From assembly GCA_036785375.1 (NCBI GenBank), contig JAWMAR010000578.1, positions 868,001 to 932,000 of the forward strand: a DNA stretch of 64,000 nt. Direction: 5' to 3'. This document shows positions 23,560 to 37,969 of the stretch, piece by piece (position 1 is the stretch's first letter; each line of letters opens with the position of its first letter). Both the position numbers and the translations under genes were made by a program. The notes beneath the pieces are model-generated. The model searched no databases and had not been told where the DNA came from. It was given only the letters and a program-made list of their open reading frames with translations. The stretch is from Leucoraja ocellata (taxonomy: Eukaryota).

Positions 23560-25930
23560 CATGCTGACCAAGCTACCACATCTGCACTAGTCCCACCTGC
23601 CCAAATCACTCAGCGATTCCTGTCCATGTACCTGTCCAAATGTCTTTTAAATGCTATTCTAGTACATGATTTGAGAATTAAGGGACAGAAGTTTAGAGGT
23701 AACATGAGGGGGATCTTCTTTACTCGGAGAGCGGTAGCTGTGGAATGAGCTTCCAATGGAAGTGGTGGAGGCAGGTTCGATTTTATCATTTAAAAATAAA
23801 TTGGATAGGTATATGGACTGGAAAGGAATGGAGGGTTATGGTCTGAGTGCAGGTAGATGGGACTAGGGGAGAATAAGTGTTTGGCACGGACTAGAAGGGC
23901 CGAGATGGCCTGTTTCCGTGCTGTAATTGTTATATGGTTATATGTTGTATGCTTATATCTGCTGAAACTATCTCTTCTGGCAGCTCATGCATATACCCAC
24001 CACCCTCTGGAAAAAGTTGACTCTCAGATTGCTATTAAATCTTTCCCCTCTCACCTAAACAAATGTCCTCTGGTTCTGGATTCCCCTATTCTAGGTAAAT
24101 GACCCTGTGCATGTACGTATGATCTCATACAGCTTGATAACCTCATCCTCTTGGGCTCCTAGAAATAAAGTACCAGTCTGCCCAACCTCTCCCCATAGCT
24201 CGGGCCTCAAGTTCTAGCAACACCCTCGTAAATCTTCTTTGCACTCTTTCCAGCTTGACAACATCTTTCCATTAGTGGGGTGACCATAACTAAACCAAAT
24301 ACTCCAAATGTAGCCTTACTGATGTCTTGTAAAACTGTAACATAATATCCTAACTTGTATACTCTGTACCCTGACTGATAAAGGCCACTATGTCAAAAGG
24401 CTTCTTGACCACGTTATCTACTTGTGACGCTACTTTCAAGAATTATATACCTGCACTCCTGGATCTTTACACTTTGCTGCACTCCCCAGGACCCAGCTAT
24501 TCACAGTGAAGGTCCTGCCCTGGTTTGAGGTCCCAAAATGAAACTCCTCTCATTTACCTGCAATGAACTCCAATAACCATTCCTTAGCTCACTTGACCAA
24601 CTGATCAATACTGTTGTGTAATCTTTGATGGTCATCTTTGCTATCTACAATACCATCCCTTTAGTGTCATCTGCAAACTTACCAATTCTGCCTTGTACAT
24701 TCTCATTCAAATCGTTGATCCAAACTGCAAATTATGAAGGGCCCAGCAGTGAGCCCTCAGACACCCCACTAGTCACAGGCCACTAGTTTGAAACACAGCC
24801 TTCTGCCATCCCCCTATGCTTCTTTCCATTGAACCACCTTTCTATCCAGTCAGCTAGCTCTCCTTGGATTCCATGCAATCTAACTTTCTAGAGCAGCCTT
24901 CCAGCAGACTGTAACAAATACCTTGCTGATATCCATATAGACAATGTCTACAGCTCTGCACTCATCAACCTTTTTGGTTATATCTCCAAAAAACGTAATC
25001 TGGTTGGTAAGATACAATCGTCCATGTACAAAACCATGCTGACTATCCCTAATCAGACCCTATCAAAATGTCCATATTTATCTTGCCCTTGGAATACTCT
25101 CCAGTAACTTGCCTGCTGCATATGTTAGGCTCATTGGTCTGTAAATCCCAAACCTTTCCTTGCAATCTTCCTTCAATGGAGGCACAACATTAGCCAACAT
25201 TTCCATCCAGTCTTATTTAATGAAGATTTGCATATTTCAGCCAGGACGCCTGCAATTACTTCTCTTATGTCCCACAGTATCCACGGACATATCTGATCAT
25301 GCCTGAAATATTTGTCTATCTTCATGCGCCTTGGGATGTCAGCACCTCATCAACTGTAATACTGACTGTCACCAAAACCCTTCCATTGACAACCCCAAGT
25401 TCCTCATTCATCTTTCTCCATGGTAAAAACAGGAGAAATACTCATTGAAGACCTTGCTCATCACCTGGGGCTCCACACAGATGACAGCTTTGGGTTCTGA
25501 GGGGTCATGTTCTCCCTCTAGTTGCCCTTTTCCCCTTAACACACTTAAAATCTCTTTGGACTTTCCTTAACATTATCTGCTGGAGTTATCTCCAAAGCTC
25601 TTTTTACCCCCCTGATTTCCTCCTTAAGTATGTTGCTCAGTTCCTGAAACTTCTCCAGGGATACACTTGATCACACCTCGCAAAACCTCCTTTTTCCTGA
25701 CCAGAGCCTCAATTTCTCTCATCATCCAAGCTTCCTCGCGTCCATCTGTCCTGGCTTCACCCTGGCAGGAACACTCAAGCCCTGAACTCTAGTCATCACA
25801 TTTTTAAAAGCATCCCACTTTCCAGATAATCCTTTGCCTGCAAACAACCTACTCCAATCACCTTGAGTTTCTTTCTAATGCCTTCAAAATTTTCCTTGCC
25901 CACATTCAGAATTTTAATCTGTAGGCCTTC
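23560..25930 (-). mobile_element. Long CR1 LINE remnant in NUDT21 intron 4, with a younger plus-strand CR1 3' end inserted at ~23666-23945
   Basis: Colinear with 59640-61790; the inserted piece matches 56560-56840 closely. Confidence 0.85.
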
Positions 25931-26322
25931 CTTGTCTTTATCTGGTTTAAAAGATCTCCTTTGGCTGAAATGTGATTTTTTTTGGAATGGAAATAATCTT
26001 GCAGGAATAATTGTACTATTTAATCTTATTCTTTGTTATATGTTATGTCACTGGTATGGAGTCAAAGTATTTCCAGAGACTAATTCTGGCATTCCTGTCA
26101 ACTCACAACAAAACTGCTTTGGGAACCATTCATTATATTGGAAAAATAAGCTATTATTCTGAGCTACTATAGTCTTGACTAGTATATCAGTGACTTGCTT
26201 GGATATCTTGATTTGCTGTTTGGTTTTCATCCACTGATGGTGATTAGTTCCAATATCTTTTTTAACAACTGGTGAATAATACATCTAAGTGCCCTGAAAC
26301 ATCATATTTTATATTAAGATAA

Positions 26323-26499
<177 letters not shown>

Positions 26500-26883
26500 T
26501 AGATACCATTTGATTTGTTGCATTGTCTCAAGTGCTTTGGTAAATGAGTGAAAAGGAAAGCGGCGCAAACAGTTCATATACTGCAAGATCCAATGAACAT
26601 CAGTTGCATATATGATTGATATGTTAGACTGTTGCTTGGATTATGTTGTTTGACTGTAACATTGGAATTTTGGCATCTGCATAGCAAATGTATAGGAGTT
26701 TGGTTAGTCAGTGGCTTGTATGAAGGGCAACTCTGATGCAATGCTACTTCAATTACTTATAGACTTGAATTTCACCTCTATCTTTGATTTAGATGTTGAC
26801 AAAAAGTGATGGCTGATGTTTGTGATGCAAAAAAAGTGTAATAAGTTGGCTGATATTATGGATGCTTCACCACACCCCAACAA

Positions 26884-27106
26884 TCTCTATACCTATAAAA
26901 GTCATCTTGTATTTGTGTGTATGTGTCTTTTCTACCTTCGTTAAAACGCCACGCGCTAGCCACACGCCACAGAAATGTTCACAGATTATTAATCACATTA
27001 ACCCCATCGACAAAATTAACTGCTTCACTTCAATTAATTTATCTTGGCATTGTGTGTGCCGCAACGTTATAGGCCCATTGGCCTCTTCCTGTGCTGCATT
27101 GTCTTG
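26884..27106 (+). mobile_element. Probable short non-autonomous Helitron
   Basis: A|TCTCTATACCTATAAAA 5' end similar to 47279; hairpin AGGCC-CATT-GGCCT near a CTTG|T end. Confidence 0.45.
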
Positions 27107-27165
27107 TATTTTGGATTGTGTTGGTTGGGGTCCAGGTGTTGTGTTGGTTATATTATGTTAAATAG

Positions 27166-27348
<183 letters not shown>

Positions 27349-28047
27349 TAATGAAAAAATGTACTAACAGCTTAAGCAATTTTCTTTTGAAATGGTCAAG
27401 TCATGCTTCTGGGAATATGACTCCTTGGATTTATTACTTTCTGTCATGTTTGCCTCACTAGTTTACATATTAAAAATTAAATGCAGTCACTAATATTTTA
27501 AAGGTATCTTCCCAACCATCTGACAATTGTTTTGCATGGTCCACTTTCTATTTCTATATTGGGCACTTCCATTATCAATAAACTAATTTTCAGTACAAAC
27601 TGAAAACCAACGTCTGATGTTTGTTTTTTAAAAAGATTTCCTTTCCCCATGGATCATCTACATTTGCACTAGGCCATATATGCTCGAGTTTTGATTAATG
27701 TGGCTTTCTAAACCCTTCAGCTCTTTTTTTTCCCTTGTAACAAGCTGACAAAGTGCTGTAAGACAGAATTCTTGAAGCACAATAATTCGAATATCACTGT
27801 ACTTTAATTGATACACATGACGATAAAAGGCTTTTGAAACCTTTGAATTGTTCTAAATATTACCTGCATAAACTGGCTGATCGTGAGACTCTGAAATCGC
27901 TGATTTGGTCTGCTTCAAGTTATGTGGCCTGATTCATCTAATGCTTTTTCTATATGAAGCCATTTGGCTCATCTGTTTTTTTTTTTTTCCTCTGCAGTGT
28001 ATGCACTTGTTTTTAAATGTACCTGAAGTTTCTTCTTTAACTTTTAG

Positions 28048-28069
28048 GTTTAATTTTATTTATAACTGA
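28048..28069 (+). CDS. NUDT21: NUDT21 exon 7, coding part
   Basis: ttttag|(R)FNFIYN-TGA; the seven exons sum to 681 nt = 226 aa plus stop. Confidence 0.95.
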
Positions 28070-28510
28070 AGTGTATGGATGCATTGCTCAAGATCCTGAT
28101 GGATGTACAACTACAATTTCTTGTGAACATCTCCAAGCCAGTAGTCTGGCTTCTCAGCCAGAGAGTAAATCGGTTCTACAAACCAAATCCAACAGCATGC
28201 AGCACCTGACCTGCTCAGCTGATGCTCCTGTGAGATTTTGTTCAACTGTACACCAACTATGAAGCCGAGGAGTTTTAACTGGTGCTTTTTTTTTAAGAAA
28301 TGTTTTCTGCTTATGTAATTGTTTGAGTTTTCTACTTTATTAAATGGACAAATACCTTTATTTTTGAGGGTTTTAATTAGCTGTAGTTTGTGTATTTTGT
28401 ATTTCACCATTTATTTGGACCTATTGTAATTGGATATGAGAGAAACCTAGTCGATGTATATTGATTAAAGACAAAACTGACCTGATTTATTCTGCTTTGG
28501 TTTATATAGT
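28070..28510 (+). terminator. NUDT21 3' UTR with candidate proximal poly(A) signals
   Basis: ATTAAA at 28339 and 28464, UGUA-rich upstream, U-rich downstream; a distal AATAAA lies at 30221. Confidence 0.55.
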
Positions 28511-31299
28511 AGAAGTGATTTTGAAGCAAATCTTCTGATTAATCATTCTTTCCTCCAATTTCACGGTGAACTTTTCAGGGCTGTTTTGTAACCTGGGATG
28601 TTAACTGCATGTTTTGCAGTTAAGTGATATGCTTTGGACCATTGAGGTATATAAACAAGTGATTCTATGCAGCTGTTATAAGGAGTGTGTCGAGGCATTA
28701 AATACTTGAATATATTCGAACGTGAATTGTTACATCAGCAGCAAAGTGGTGATCTTGGGTATATGTGGATCTTCAAAAATTCTGTCATTATGTATTCTAA
28801 TTACAGATTGGTTAGGGATACTTCAAATCACAAATCGGTGCAAAACTGAAATGTGCAATGGTTGTAATTTGATCGAGCGAACATGAAAATCCATTCTTGA
28901 TGTGGGTCTTGCTTGCTTTTAAGTTTAATGACCTAGACCTTAGTGTGTCTTTCCAGTTAGTTGGTGTTTGGTTCAATTTTGGGGCAAAAAACTAATTTGG
29001 AAGTTCTCACGTGAAGAATCCTAGTTTATGCTGCACAATTCTAAACTTCAGTTTGGAGGATTTTAATTCCTTTCTTGGTGTATTTCAAATTATTTGATTT
29101 CCTTTTCAACAATTCCAGAAGTTGGTCATCAAAAAGAGTTGGCATTCTCAAAACTAATACCCTGACTTCAGTAACAGATGTCCTTGAATGTTTCAGATAG
29201 ATGAAATGTTCAAAATAACTTTTCTTCCATTGTTACAATATCATTAACACTTTAGAGGTCCTGAGCATTTTTCTATTATGTTGTCTGATTGTTTTTCATT
29301 CTGCCAAATGTATTACAGCCTCAGCTTTGTAAGATGCTGAACTAAATGAAGAAATACGTTTGCAGAATTATTAGATTTGCTTGTTTAAACTACATTCAAT
29401 GCTAACTGTTTTGCCGAAATTGAACAAAAGCATGTTGGGGTGAATTTATTGCAGAGGTGGGGTATTGTGCCTTGGTAAGGGAGAGATGAACAACTGCTGC
29501 TTGTATATCCATAATGGGTGACTCTGGGCTCCCAATGTATTGTGGGGTACTGTAGGTTAAGAGTCGGGCAGTGGATTTCCTTTTCTCCCCATCTATTGCC
29601 CTCGGCAGCCTATCACTATACCAATCCCATAATATATAATAGTACTTTAATCACCAGTTAATGGTGGTAGATTATCCTGACTTGTACTTCTAATGCTCTG
29701 CAATGTGAACATGTTATGCCAATGTGGGTTTCCTTCACTTTCCTTCCTCTTTACCGTAAATTGACCCTGGGTTAGCTGAGTAGGAGACGTTGATGGGCAT
29801 GAGAGAAAAAAGATGTAGAAAAATGTGGAATAGGACTGCCTAGATATGATATGTGTGTGGCCTGCATTTAAGCCAATGTTAAATGCACCAATCTGTTCTT
29901 ACTCCCAGAAATAATTCTTTAAAATGCTGTTCTCTAAATTCAGCCATTCAATGAGATTACAGATCTTCTCAACTCGATCTATAAGTATCCAAGTCTTTTC
30001 GTCCAAATATTTGAACAGGTGCAAAAGTCACTTCTTGCAAGGACTTGGAGTGCATCTTGTGGTTCCGCACTGCCCTAATCACTTTGGGGAACAATGCATT
30101 TCTCTCCTGGTTTGTTGGTTGGCAATTTTTTCTGTTTTGTATCAATACAGATGGCAGTCACAACAACTGATAATCTTCAAGCCGTGGATGAATTTGAAAA
30201 GACAGTTTTAATTAAGTGAAAATAAAATTATTTTTATAAAATTGAAGTAACGGGCATTTTCTTATAGAACGTAAGCTCACTTTGTGAAATTTTGATAACA
30301 TTGCACCAAATGTACAGTACAGCAGCATAAATGAGGGAGGATAGGTTTTTATGTTTGCACCTGTATGACACTGGCATTACTGTTCTTGCTTTCGTCTTGG
30401 AAAGCACTGGTTATTAACACGTCGGCTTCCGATTCTGTCAAGGTATTTCCTCTGTTGCAAATGATAGCGATCCCCTTCCCTGATCTGCGATGTGGTTCCT
30501 TTCAATTGGACAGGCAATAAATGGCAAGTGATAAGGTCTTGCATCTTCACTCATTCACAGTACCGTTACCCCTTTGAAATATTTATATCTGCGTAGACTG
30601 GGTGTTCGTTCTTGGGTTTAGGTGCTGATTTAATTGATTTGGAAAACTGCAGAGCAGCGTAAGTAGGCTTGTCAGCTTCGCTTCCTTTAGTCTGTGAAAG
30701 TCATTAAATATCGGATGTTAGTAAATACATGAATAGATTTTGTTTTCAAATATCGATCATTGATTAGTATAAGATAGCTACTTTAAGTATTTTTTCTTAC
30801 TCCAATTTTTAATTGTATTTATAAAGCAATATTTATTTTTGCACTTAATGTTCATACTAGGTTATTGCTAGTGTAATCTCCTAGGAAGTGTAGGTAAAGA
30901 TTTAAAGTACTACTTTTTCAGTATGCTAATACATTAGTTCAGCGTTCAACTAGCGTTCGGTGTCCCTTCCCAGAAAGCAAGTCGTGTTTATACATGGCCT
31001 GTTACAACCAGGCTTGCAGGGCCGGGTTCCTGGTTATGGACACGACTCGCCTCTGGCACAACCAGGCGATGCAAAAGTCAGTGACCCAGTAGCAGACTAG
31101 CCCATGTGGAAGGAGCCATTTTAAATATTCGATGGCTGTCTGTGTGCTGCTATCGGGTGGGATGGGGCGAACAGGGAGGCGAGTATCATACAGTGTGCTG
31201 TTATGCAAGATACAGTGAGACATCCAGTGAGTGCAGGTCATTGCTACAGAAAAGCAGCTGGGCGGGCGCCCTACAAATCCTCCCTCACCTCCTGCTAAT

Positions 31300-31845
31300 T
31301 GTGATGGAAGTCGCTTTGTGGCCCAAGTATGTATGTATCATACCTTATCGAGCCGTGAACCTGTCCAAGTGTCTTGTATATTGTAATTGTACTTGCCTCG
31401 CACTTCCTCTGGCTGCTCGCGAATCACCCTTTTGGTGAAAAAGTTGCTCCAAAGGCCCCTTTAATATCCCTCTCTCACCTTAACCCCATTCTCCCTATCC
31501 TGGTGAATAGCTGTATTTTCACCCCAGAACTGTACACAGTACTCAATGTGACCGTACCAACATCTTAGCCAGCAATAACATGCCCCAACTCCTGTACTCA
31601 ACCTGACTCATGAAGACATGCATGCCAAATATTTTCTTCAGCACCCTGTCTACCTGCATCACCATATTCATGGAACTATGTACTTCTAGGTCTTTCTGTT
31701 CTACAGCACTCCCCAGGGCCTGCCATTTATTGTATTAGCCCTGTCCAAGTTTGGCTTGCCAATGTAAAACTTCTGCATTAAACTCCATGTGCCATTCCTC
31801 GGCCCATTGTCCCAGTTCATCAAGATTCTTTTGTGATCTTAGATG
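31300..31845 (-). mobile_element. CR1 LINE fragment
   Basis: LDELGQWAEEWHMEFNAEVLH, CR1 RT C-terminal motif. Confidence 0.8.
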
Positions 31846-32254
31846 TGCTGATGAGACGGGGCCCCTCTCAACCAATGAAGCAGCCCCATTTTCAGCTGTT
31901 GAGCCCATTCGTTGCAGGATGCATTCATGATCCCCGCATCTCAGTGTTGAGTGGCTGCGCCTGGACAAAGTACAGCTTCTACAGTACTCATTGTCCTGTG
32001 ACAATGCAGTCGCAAGTTCATAGGTACAGAAGCACCAGATTCTCTGATGTAGCGGTAGAGTATAGGCCAACCAGATGAATATCCTTTTTTATATAAAGAA
32101 ATCTAATTGGTCTGAGTTTTTGGATTCTAAGACTAAGAATGGTTGATAAATTCGAGTAGTGCTCAAACATCAGGGTACAAGATTATGCAAAGTCCCCTGT
32201 TGAGATATTTGTTTCTGATCACTGATTGAGGGTTTGACTAATATTTACCCTATT

Positions 32255-32572
32255 CACACAGTGGTGCAGCAATAGAGGTGCTGCCCAAAGATTGGTGCTG
32301 CCTTAGTGCCAGAGACCCGGGTTGGATCCTGACCTTGGACCCTGGGTGCTTGCCTGTCTGGAGTTTGTACGTTCTCCACGTGACGTGTGGGTTTTCTCCT
32401 AGAATTTCGGTTTCATCCCACACTCAAGACGTATTAGTTTGTAGGTTAATCGGCTTGGTAAAATGTAAATTGTCCCTAGTGTGTGCAGAATAATGTTAAT
32501 GTACGGGGATCGCTGGTCTGTGCGACTCAGTTGGCCGACGAGCTTGTTTCAGCACTGCATCACTAAACTAAA
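32255..32572 (+). mobile_element. HE1-like V-SINE
   Basis: tRNA head (gtggtgcagc...gggttggatcc), V-domain ggagtttgtacgttctcc.cgtga..tgtgggttttctcc, CR1-type tail ending ctaaactaaa. Confidence 0.85.
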
Positions 32573-33084
32573 AAAAATTTGCAGCCTTGGTCATATTGCG
32601 GATCGGGGCGAGGACAATTTGGTTGCACCTTGGCAGAAATCAGCCCACACAGCTAAGAGTATTTGTTAGATTGAAACTGGGATCAAAAGTGAGGGCGATG
32701 TCCTTGCACCATGGACCTTTACCATGGAAAGAGTCAGTTGGTGAATAATCTAAGCTGCATGTGGACTCATTCCCTGACTGATGAAGGCCAACATACCAAA
32801 AGTCATCTGACCACTCTATCTGTGACACCACTTTCAAGGAATTCTCCCAATTTTGCTAGCCCTTCCTGTCTCCTCCCCTTCCTTAACCCTCAAGTTGTCT
32901 CCTCCCATCTCCCCCCCCCCCCCCCCCCTGCCCTCGGGCTCCTCCTCCTCCCTTTTTCCTTCCTTCTCCCCCCACCCCCCATCAATCTGAAGAAGGGTTT
33001 TGGCCCGAAACGTCGCCTATTTCCTTAGCTCCATAGATGCTGCTGCACCCGCTAAGTTTCTCCAGCAATTTTGGGTACCTACAA

Positions 33085-35360
33085 TATTAGATCCCTTTGC
33101 TCCACAACACTTCCCAGGACCCTGCCTTTCACTGTGTGGGTCTTGTCCTGGTTTGATTTCCCAAAATGCAACACCTTGTGCTTATCTGCATTTAACATTA
33201 ACAATCTCTCAGCCCATTTCCCCAACTGATCAAATATCTGCGTTATCTACGATACCACCCACTTTAGTGTCACCTGCAAACTTATTAACCATGCCTTGTA
33301 CATTCTCATTCAAATCATTGATACAAACCACAAATAGCAATGGGCCCAGCACTGATCCCTGAGGCATAACACTAGTCACGGGCCTCCAGTCAGACAAACA
33401 ACCTTTCGCCATCACCTCTGCTTCCTTCCATGAAGCCAATTCTTTCCAGTACTCCCTGGATCCTATGCAATCTAATGTTTCTCTCCAGTAATTTGCCTAC
33501 CACAGATATTTGGCTCACTGATCTATAGTTCCTAAGATTTTCTTTGCAATGACATTCAGTACCTCCTCAACCATGAGGAAGAAGGGTCTAAAGAAGTGTC
33601 TCGACCCCGAAACGGCACCCATTCCTTTTCTCCAGAGATGATGCCTGTCCCACTGAGTTACTCCAGCTTTTTGTGTATGCTCCTCTTACATAATACATAC
33701 TGTCCTCGAGATTTCTATTATTGTTCCAAGTTCCTCTGTCTCCAGCAAGGAATGTCTGGAGGCCTGGGAGTAAGGGTGTGCCTCGGGGATTGGTGCTGGG
33801 TTCATTGCCGTTTGTGTTGCATGTCAATGATTAGGGCCAGAATATAGAAGATTTTTTTGGTAAGCTTGCAGATGACATTAAGTCAGTGGTAAAGTAGATA
33901 ATGAAGATGGTCATCAAATATTACAGCAGGATCTTGATCAGTTAGGCATGTGCAGATAAGTGTGAGGTATTGCATGTCGGGAAATAAATCCAAACATTTT
34001 CTGCAGCTCAGACCTGTTTAATGATGATTTGTTTACCTCAGCCCAGATGCTATTTCTTCTCTAACTTCCCACAGTGTCCTCTGATATATCTGATCAGGTC
34101 TGGTAGATTATTCTACATTCATACACCTCAGGACATTCAGCACCTCCTCGATCGTAATGTGGGCTGTCAAGACATTTTCATTAACTGTCCCAAGTTCCCA
34201 GTCTTCATGTCTGCCTCCATGTTAAAAACAGAGGAGAAATACTCGTTGAGTACCTTGCCCATCTCCTGCCGCTCCACGCAGAGATGACCACTTTGGTTTC
34301 TGTGGGGCCCTATACTCTCTAGTTACCTTCTTTTGCCTAATATTTTATAAAATCTGGATTTACCTTAATATTATTTGCAAGCGTTTCCTCTTGACCACCT
34401 GTTGGCCTCCTGATTTCCTTTCTAAGTATGTTCCTGAAAATTAGTTCCTGATACACTTACATCTGCCTAGACCTGACCTTTTTCCTGACCAGACCAGAAT
34501 GTCAATTTCTCTAGTCCAAGATTTTTTTACGGTCATCTGCCTTGACTTCACTTTAACAGGACATGCATGCCCTGAACTTTTCTTAATTTTTAAATTTTTC
34601 CTCACTTTCTGAATGTTCCTTTGCCCACAAACAACCTACTTGAATTAAATTTAGCAAATTCCTGTCTAACACCTTAAAAGTTGGCCTTGCCCAAATTCAG
34701 AATTTGAACTAATGGGTCCACCCTGTCTTTATCCATAACTATTTTAAAGTTAATAGAACAGAGCACTGGTCCCAAAAGGGTAATCTATGAACACATCAGT
34801 CACTTTCCTTTCCAATTGCCTTTGCATAGATCAAGCTTTGCCCTCTCCTACATATTGTCTAAGGTAACTTTCCTGACCATATTTGACAATTTCCATTCCG
34901 TCTAAGCTCTAGGTGTTATGACGATCCCAGTCTATATTGAGAATATGAAAATCCCAGATTTGACAACATTAGTCTTGAAGATGCCTGCAATCTCCTGGCA
35001 TATTTGCTCTTCTAAATTCCTGTTGATTATTTGGAGGTCTAAAGAACGCTCCCAACAACAATTTCATATTTCCACCCATATAACCTCACTGAACGACGAT
35101 CAGTAATGTCATCTCGGACTACTTCCATGAAGTTCTCCTTAAATAAAGCAACACTACTTCCTCTTACTCCTACCTCTCTCTCCTATAACATCTGTACCCT
35201 GTCCCTTTCTTAGCCAGGTTTCTGTAATGGCTACAATGTCCCAGTCACACGTACCCGCTACACATTACCTATAGACCTCTCGCATTAAAATAAATGCAAT
35301 TCAATCCAATAGTCTTTCCTCACTCCTTGCCATGCTCCTGCCTATTCTCTCCTCTAAACA
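33085..35360. mobile_element. Mosaic of CR1 LINE fragments, mostly minus strand
   Basis: 33230..33439(-) WRPVTSVMPQGSVLGPLLFVVCINDL...KFAGDTKVGG; further ORF2 remnants to ~35360. Confidence 0.8.
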
Positions 35361-35957
35361 TTCTCTCAGCATCTGTTTCTCACCTGCCTCAGTCCTGTAT
35401 TGGATCTCCCTCCCCCCCCCCCCCCCCCCCCCCCCGCCAATCTAACTTAAATCCACCCATGTAGTATTAGCACAACCTGAGACAGACACAAAATGCTGCA
35501 GTATCTCAGTGGGACAGGCAGCATTTTAGCAGAAAACGGATAGGTGCCGTTTCGGTCCAGGACCCTTCTTCAGACTGATTGTAGAGAGGGAGGTCTGGAA
35601 GCTAGGAGGAGGCCCAGGACAGAACCTGCCTCGGGAACTGCCTCGATATTGGTTCCAACCAGTTCAGGTGCAACCATCCCTATTGCACAGGTCACCTCTG
35701 CCTCAGAAGTGATCCACCGCACCAAGAAACTTGAATCCAAAAATCTAATTTGTAAGTCATGTTTGAGAACAATCACTTTGAAAACCAGGCCTAGAAATGG
35801 AAAGGTGTCCGTGGTGACAAATTGTGAAAGCAATCCATCAACGGGGGAATCGCACCCATGCTGTTTGTACACTTGCACAGGGTGTCAATTCTAAATATAA
35901 ACAAAGATACAAGGCTATACCTTTGACTTAAAGAAAGTGAGAGGAGTCAAGAGTAGT

Positions 35958-36925
35958 TGTTAAAGCTGAAGCCGTATTCTGCCAGATGGAGGAAAGTGTT
36001 AGTTGAGGGGAACTGATTGGATCTCCATAAAAAGATTGGGAATGGCCTGAGACCTTCCTGGTGGGGAATGGAGATAGGTATAAGGGATATGGTGTAGATT
36101 GGGCAATGGGGGTTGTAGATTGACTATTGGATGTTAGCCAATCAGAATGCTTAGTAATAATAACTCTGCCTAGTGCATGCGTTATGTAACTCGCTTACTG
36201 TATTCAGTAGTTGCAGCAGAATGAATGTACAATGTACTGCATATGTGATACTGGAATGGATATTAAAGATGCTTATACCTTTATCTGAGTGCGAGTCGGG
36301 TAATTACATGGTTATTGGGTCTAACCCACTACGTTCGTTTACCGCTGTTTATTTTCTTTATCAGTTTTATTTCGTGATTTTTCAACGTTATGGCCAACTC
36401 CTGTCGAAAACCGAGTCCCATTGTGTTTTACTGACATAGATGAACGATGGCGCATGTTTGAACGTGATTATGCTCACTAAATGACCCCGATGATCTGAAG
36501 GCATCGCTACTGCTCAATGTAGCGGGTCCAGAAGCAATGCTTCGTGCAGCCAACTTCGAGTTTTCCCCAACGATAATGGCCAGGTCCTTGTGCCAGCAGA
36601 ATCTATCGACAATCCAACCGTCCTACTCAGAAAATTTTAGAGTTATGTTACCTGCCCTCGAATCGCATCCTTGAGAAAACAAGGTTTTTTTGCCCGACAG
36701 CAGCAGATCGATGAACCTGACAAACGCTTCATCAGTGACTTGCGACATATGGCTACACGGTGCCGCTTCGGTGAGTTGACTAATGAGTTAGTACGCGACA
36801 AGATTGTGGGGGGAATGAGCGACCGCAAGCTAAGAGCTGAACTGTTTCGGAAAGCTGAACTGACTAGAGCAAACCATTCATTCATGTCGCATGGCAGAGG
36901 TTGTGGCCCCGCTCGCAGACTTTGA
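35958..36925 (+). mobile_element. Gypsy (Mag-like) 5' LTR, PBS and gag remnant
   Basis: TGTTA...TTACA (35958-36308) followed by TGG (PBS-like); then ASLLLNVAGPEA and FFARQQQIDEPDKRFISDLRHMATRCRFGELTNELVRDKIVGGM, typical gag. Confidence 0.8.
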
Positions 36926-37457
36926 TCCTACACATTTGTACTCTTCCCTTGCAATATGTATTTTTTGCCTTCCATCACAGTGAGGAATGTGGGGGAGTCA
37001 CTGTGGTAGATGTATTTTGTGTGTTTGGTGCTTTTTATTGATATGACTGTGTGGCAAATCAAATTCCTCGTATGTTGTAAAACATACTTGGCTAATAAAG
37101 TATGATTATGATATTTCAACATAGCCTGCCCCTTAAGTGCTTGATACATTCCTGTTCTGTGCGCAACTGTCCAGCTGCATAATAATTACTACTTTCTCAC
37201 CATACAAGTTTTTTTTAACATTCCTACAGAATAACCAGAATTTCACACTGTGACAGCTGCTTAACGTTAATGATTTGGAGATCATTCTTTGAAATTGAAA
37301 ATAAGGATTGGTAATTACTCGAAAATGCAAGGTTGATATAAACAGGACAGCTTCCACTGTACCACAATAATTCTAGATTTTACTCAACGAAATTAAAATC
37401 TTTGCTAAAAAACATTTTTGAAAAAAAAATTGCAATACTAAGAACATTGCACCCTAC

Positions 37458-37501
37458 CGTTTCTGCACTTCGACTTGATTCCATCGAATTTTTATTAGCA
37501 T
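37458..37501 (-). CDS. Ig receptor gene A, probable cytoplasmic exon
   Basis: Strong acceptor ttgttttctttag|; in frame with the TM exon: (D)ANKNSMESSRSAET|gtaggg. The terminal exon was not resolved. Confidence 0.6.
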
Positions 37502-37969
37502 CTAAAGAAAACAAGACAACAAAATGAATATTGTGTCTTTGAAGATAATTAAATGTATTGGCTAAAGTAAGAACTCCTGATGGCGCCGTTGTATTTGAAA
37601 CCGTTTAGCAATAGCGGTTTTTGCAATCTTGTGTTAGTGTATTAACTTCGCATAGTCGGTAATACGTAATCGAACATGACTTTGAATTAAATTATCAAAT
37701 GGTGATAGCGTGTCAGCAGCTGTGTCGCATTCCAAAATTACAATGAAAATTAAAAGTGTGGCAAGTTAGAGCAGGTTGATCACAAACAAAGTCAAGGTCC
37801 ATATCAAATTTCTTAAGATTCAATATTTTTAAAGAATAAAATGCAATGTATGAACAATTCCTCTTGATTGTGAAATAAAGACGCAGTCGATGAGCGACTA
37901 ATTCGAACTTTGAAAAAAAAATGTTCCAGCACATTTCAATAGTTAACTGTCATAATGTTTTTGTTATGT

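Noticed and set aside
35408-35434. Long C homopolymer (similar G/C runs at 3184, 8884, 32912, 45991) as a functional element
   Set aside because: Simple homopolymers within repeat tails; their lengths are unreliable in assemblies.
37223-37372. Tyrosine motifs PVYINL and SNYQSL as ITIM/ITAM of gene A
   Set aside because: Not in frame with the phase-0 end of exon 37458-37501; they would need a weak acceptor and exon skipping. Not supportable without cDNA.
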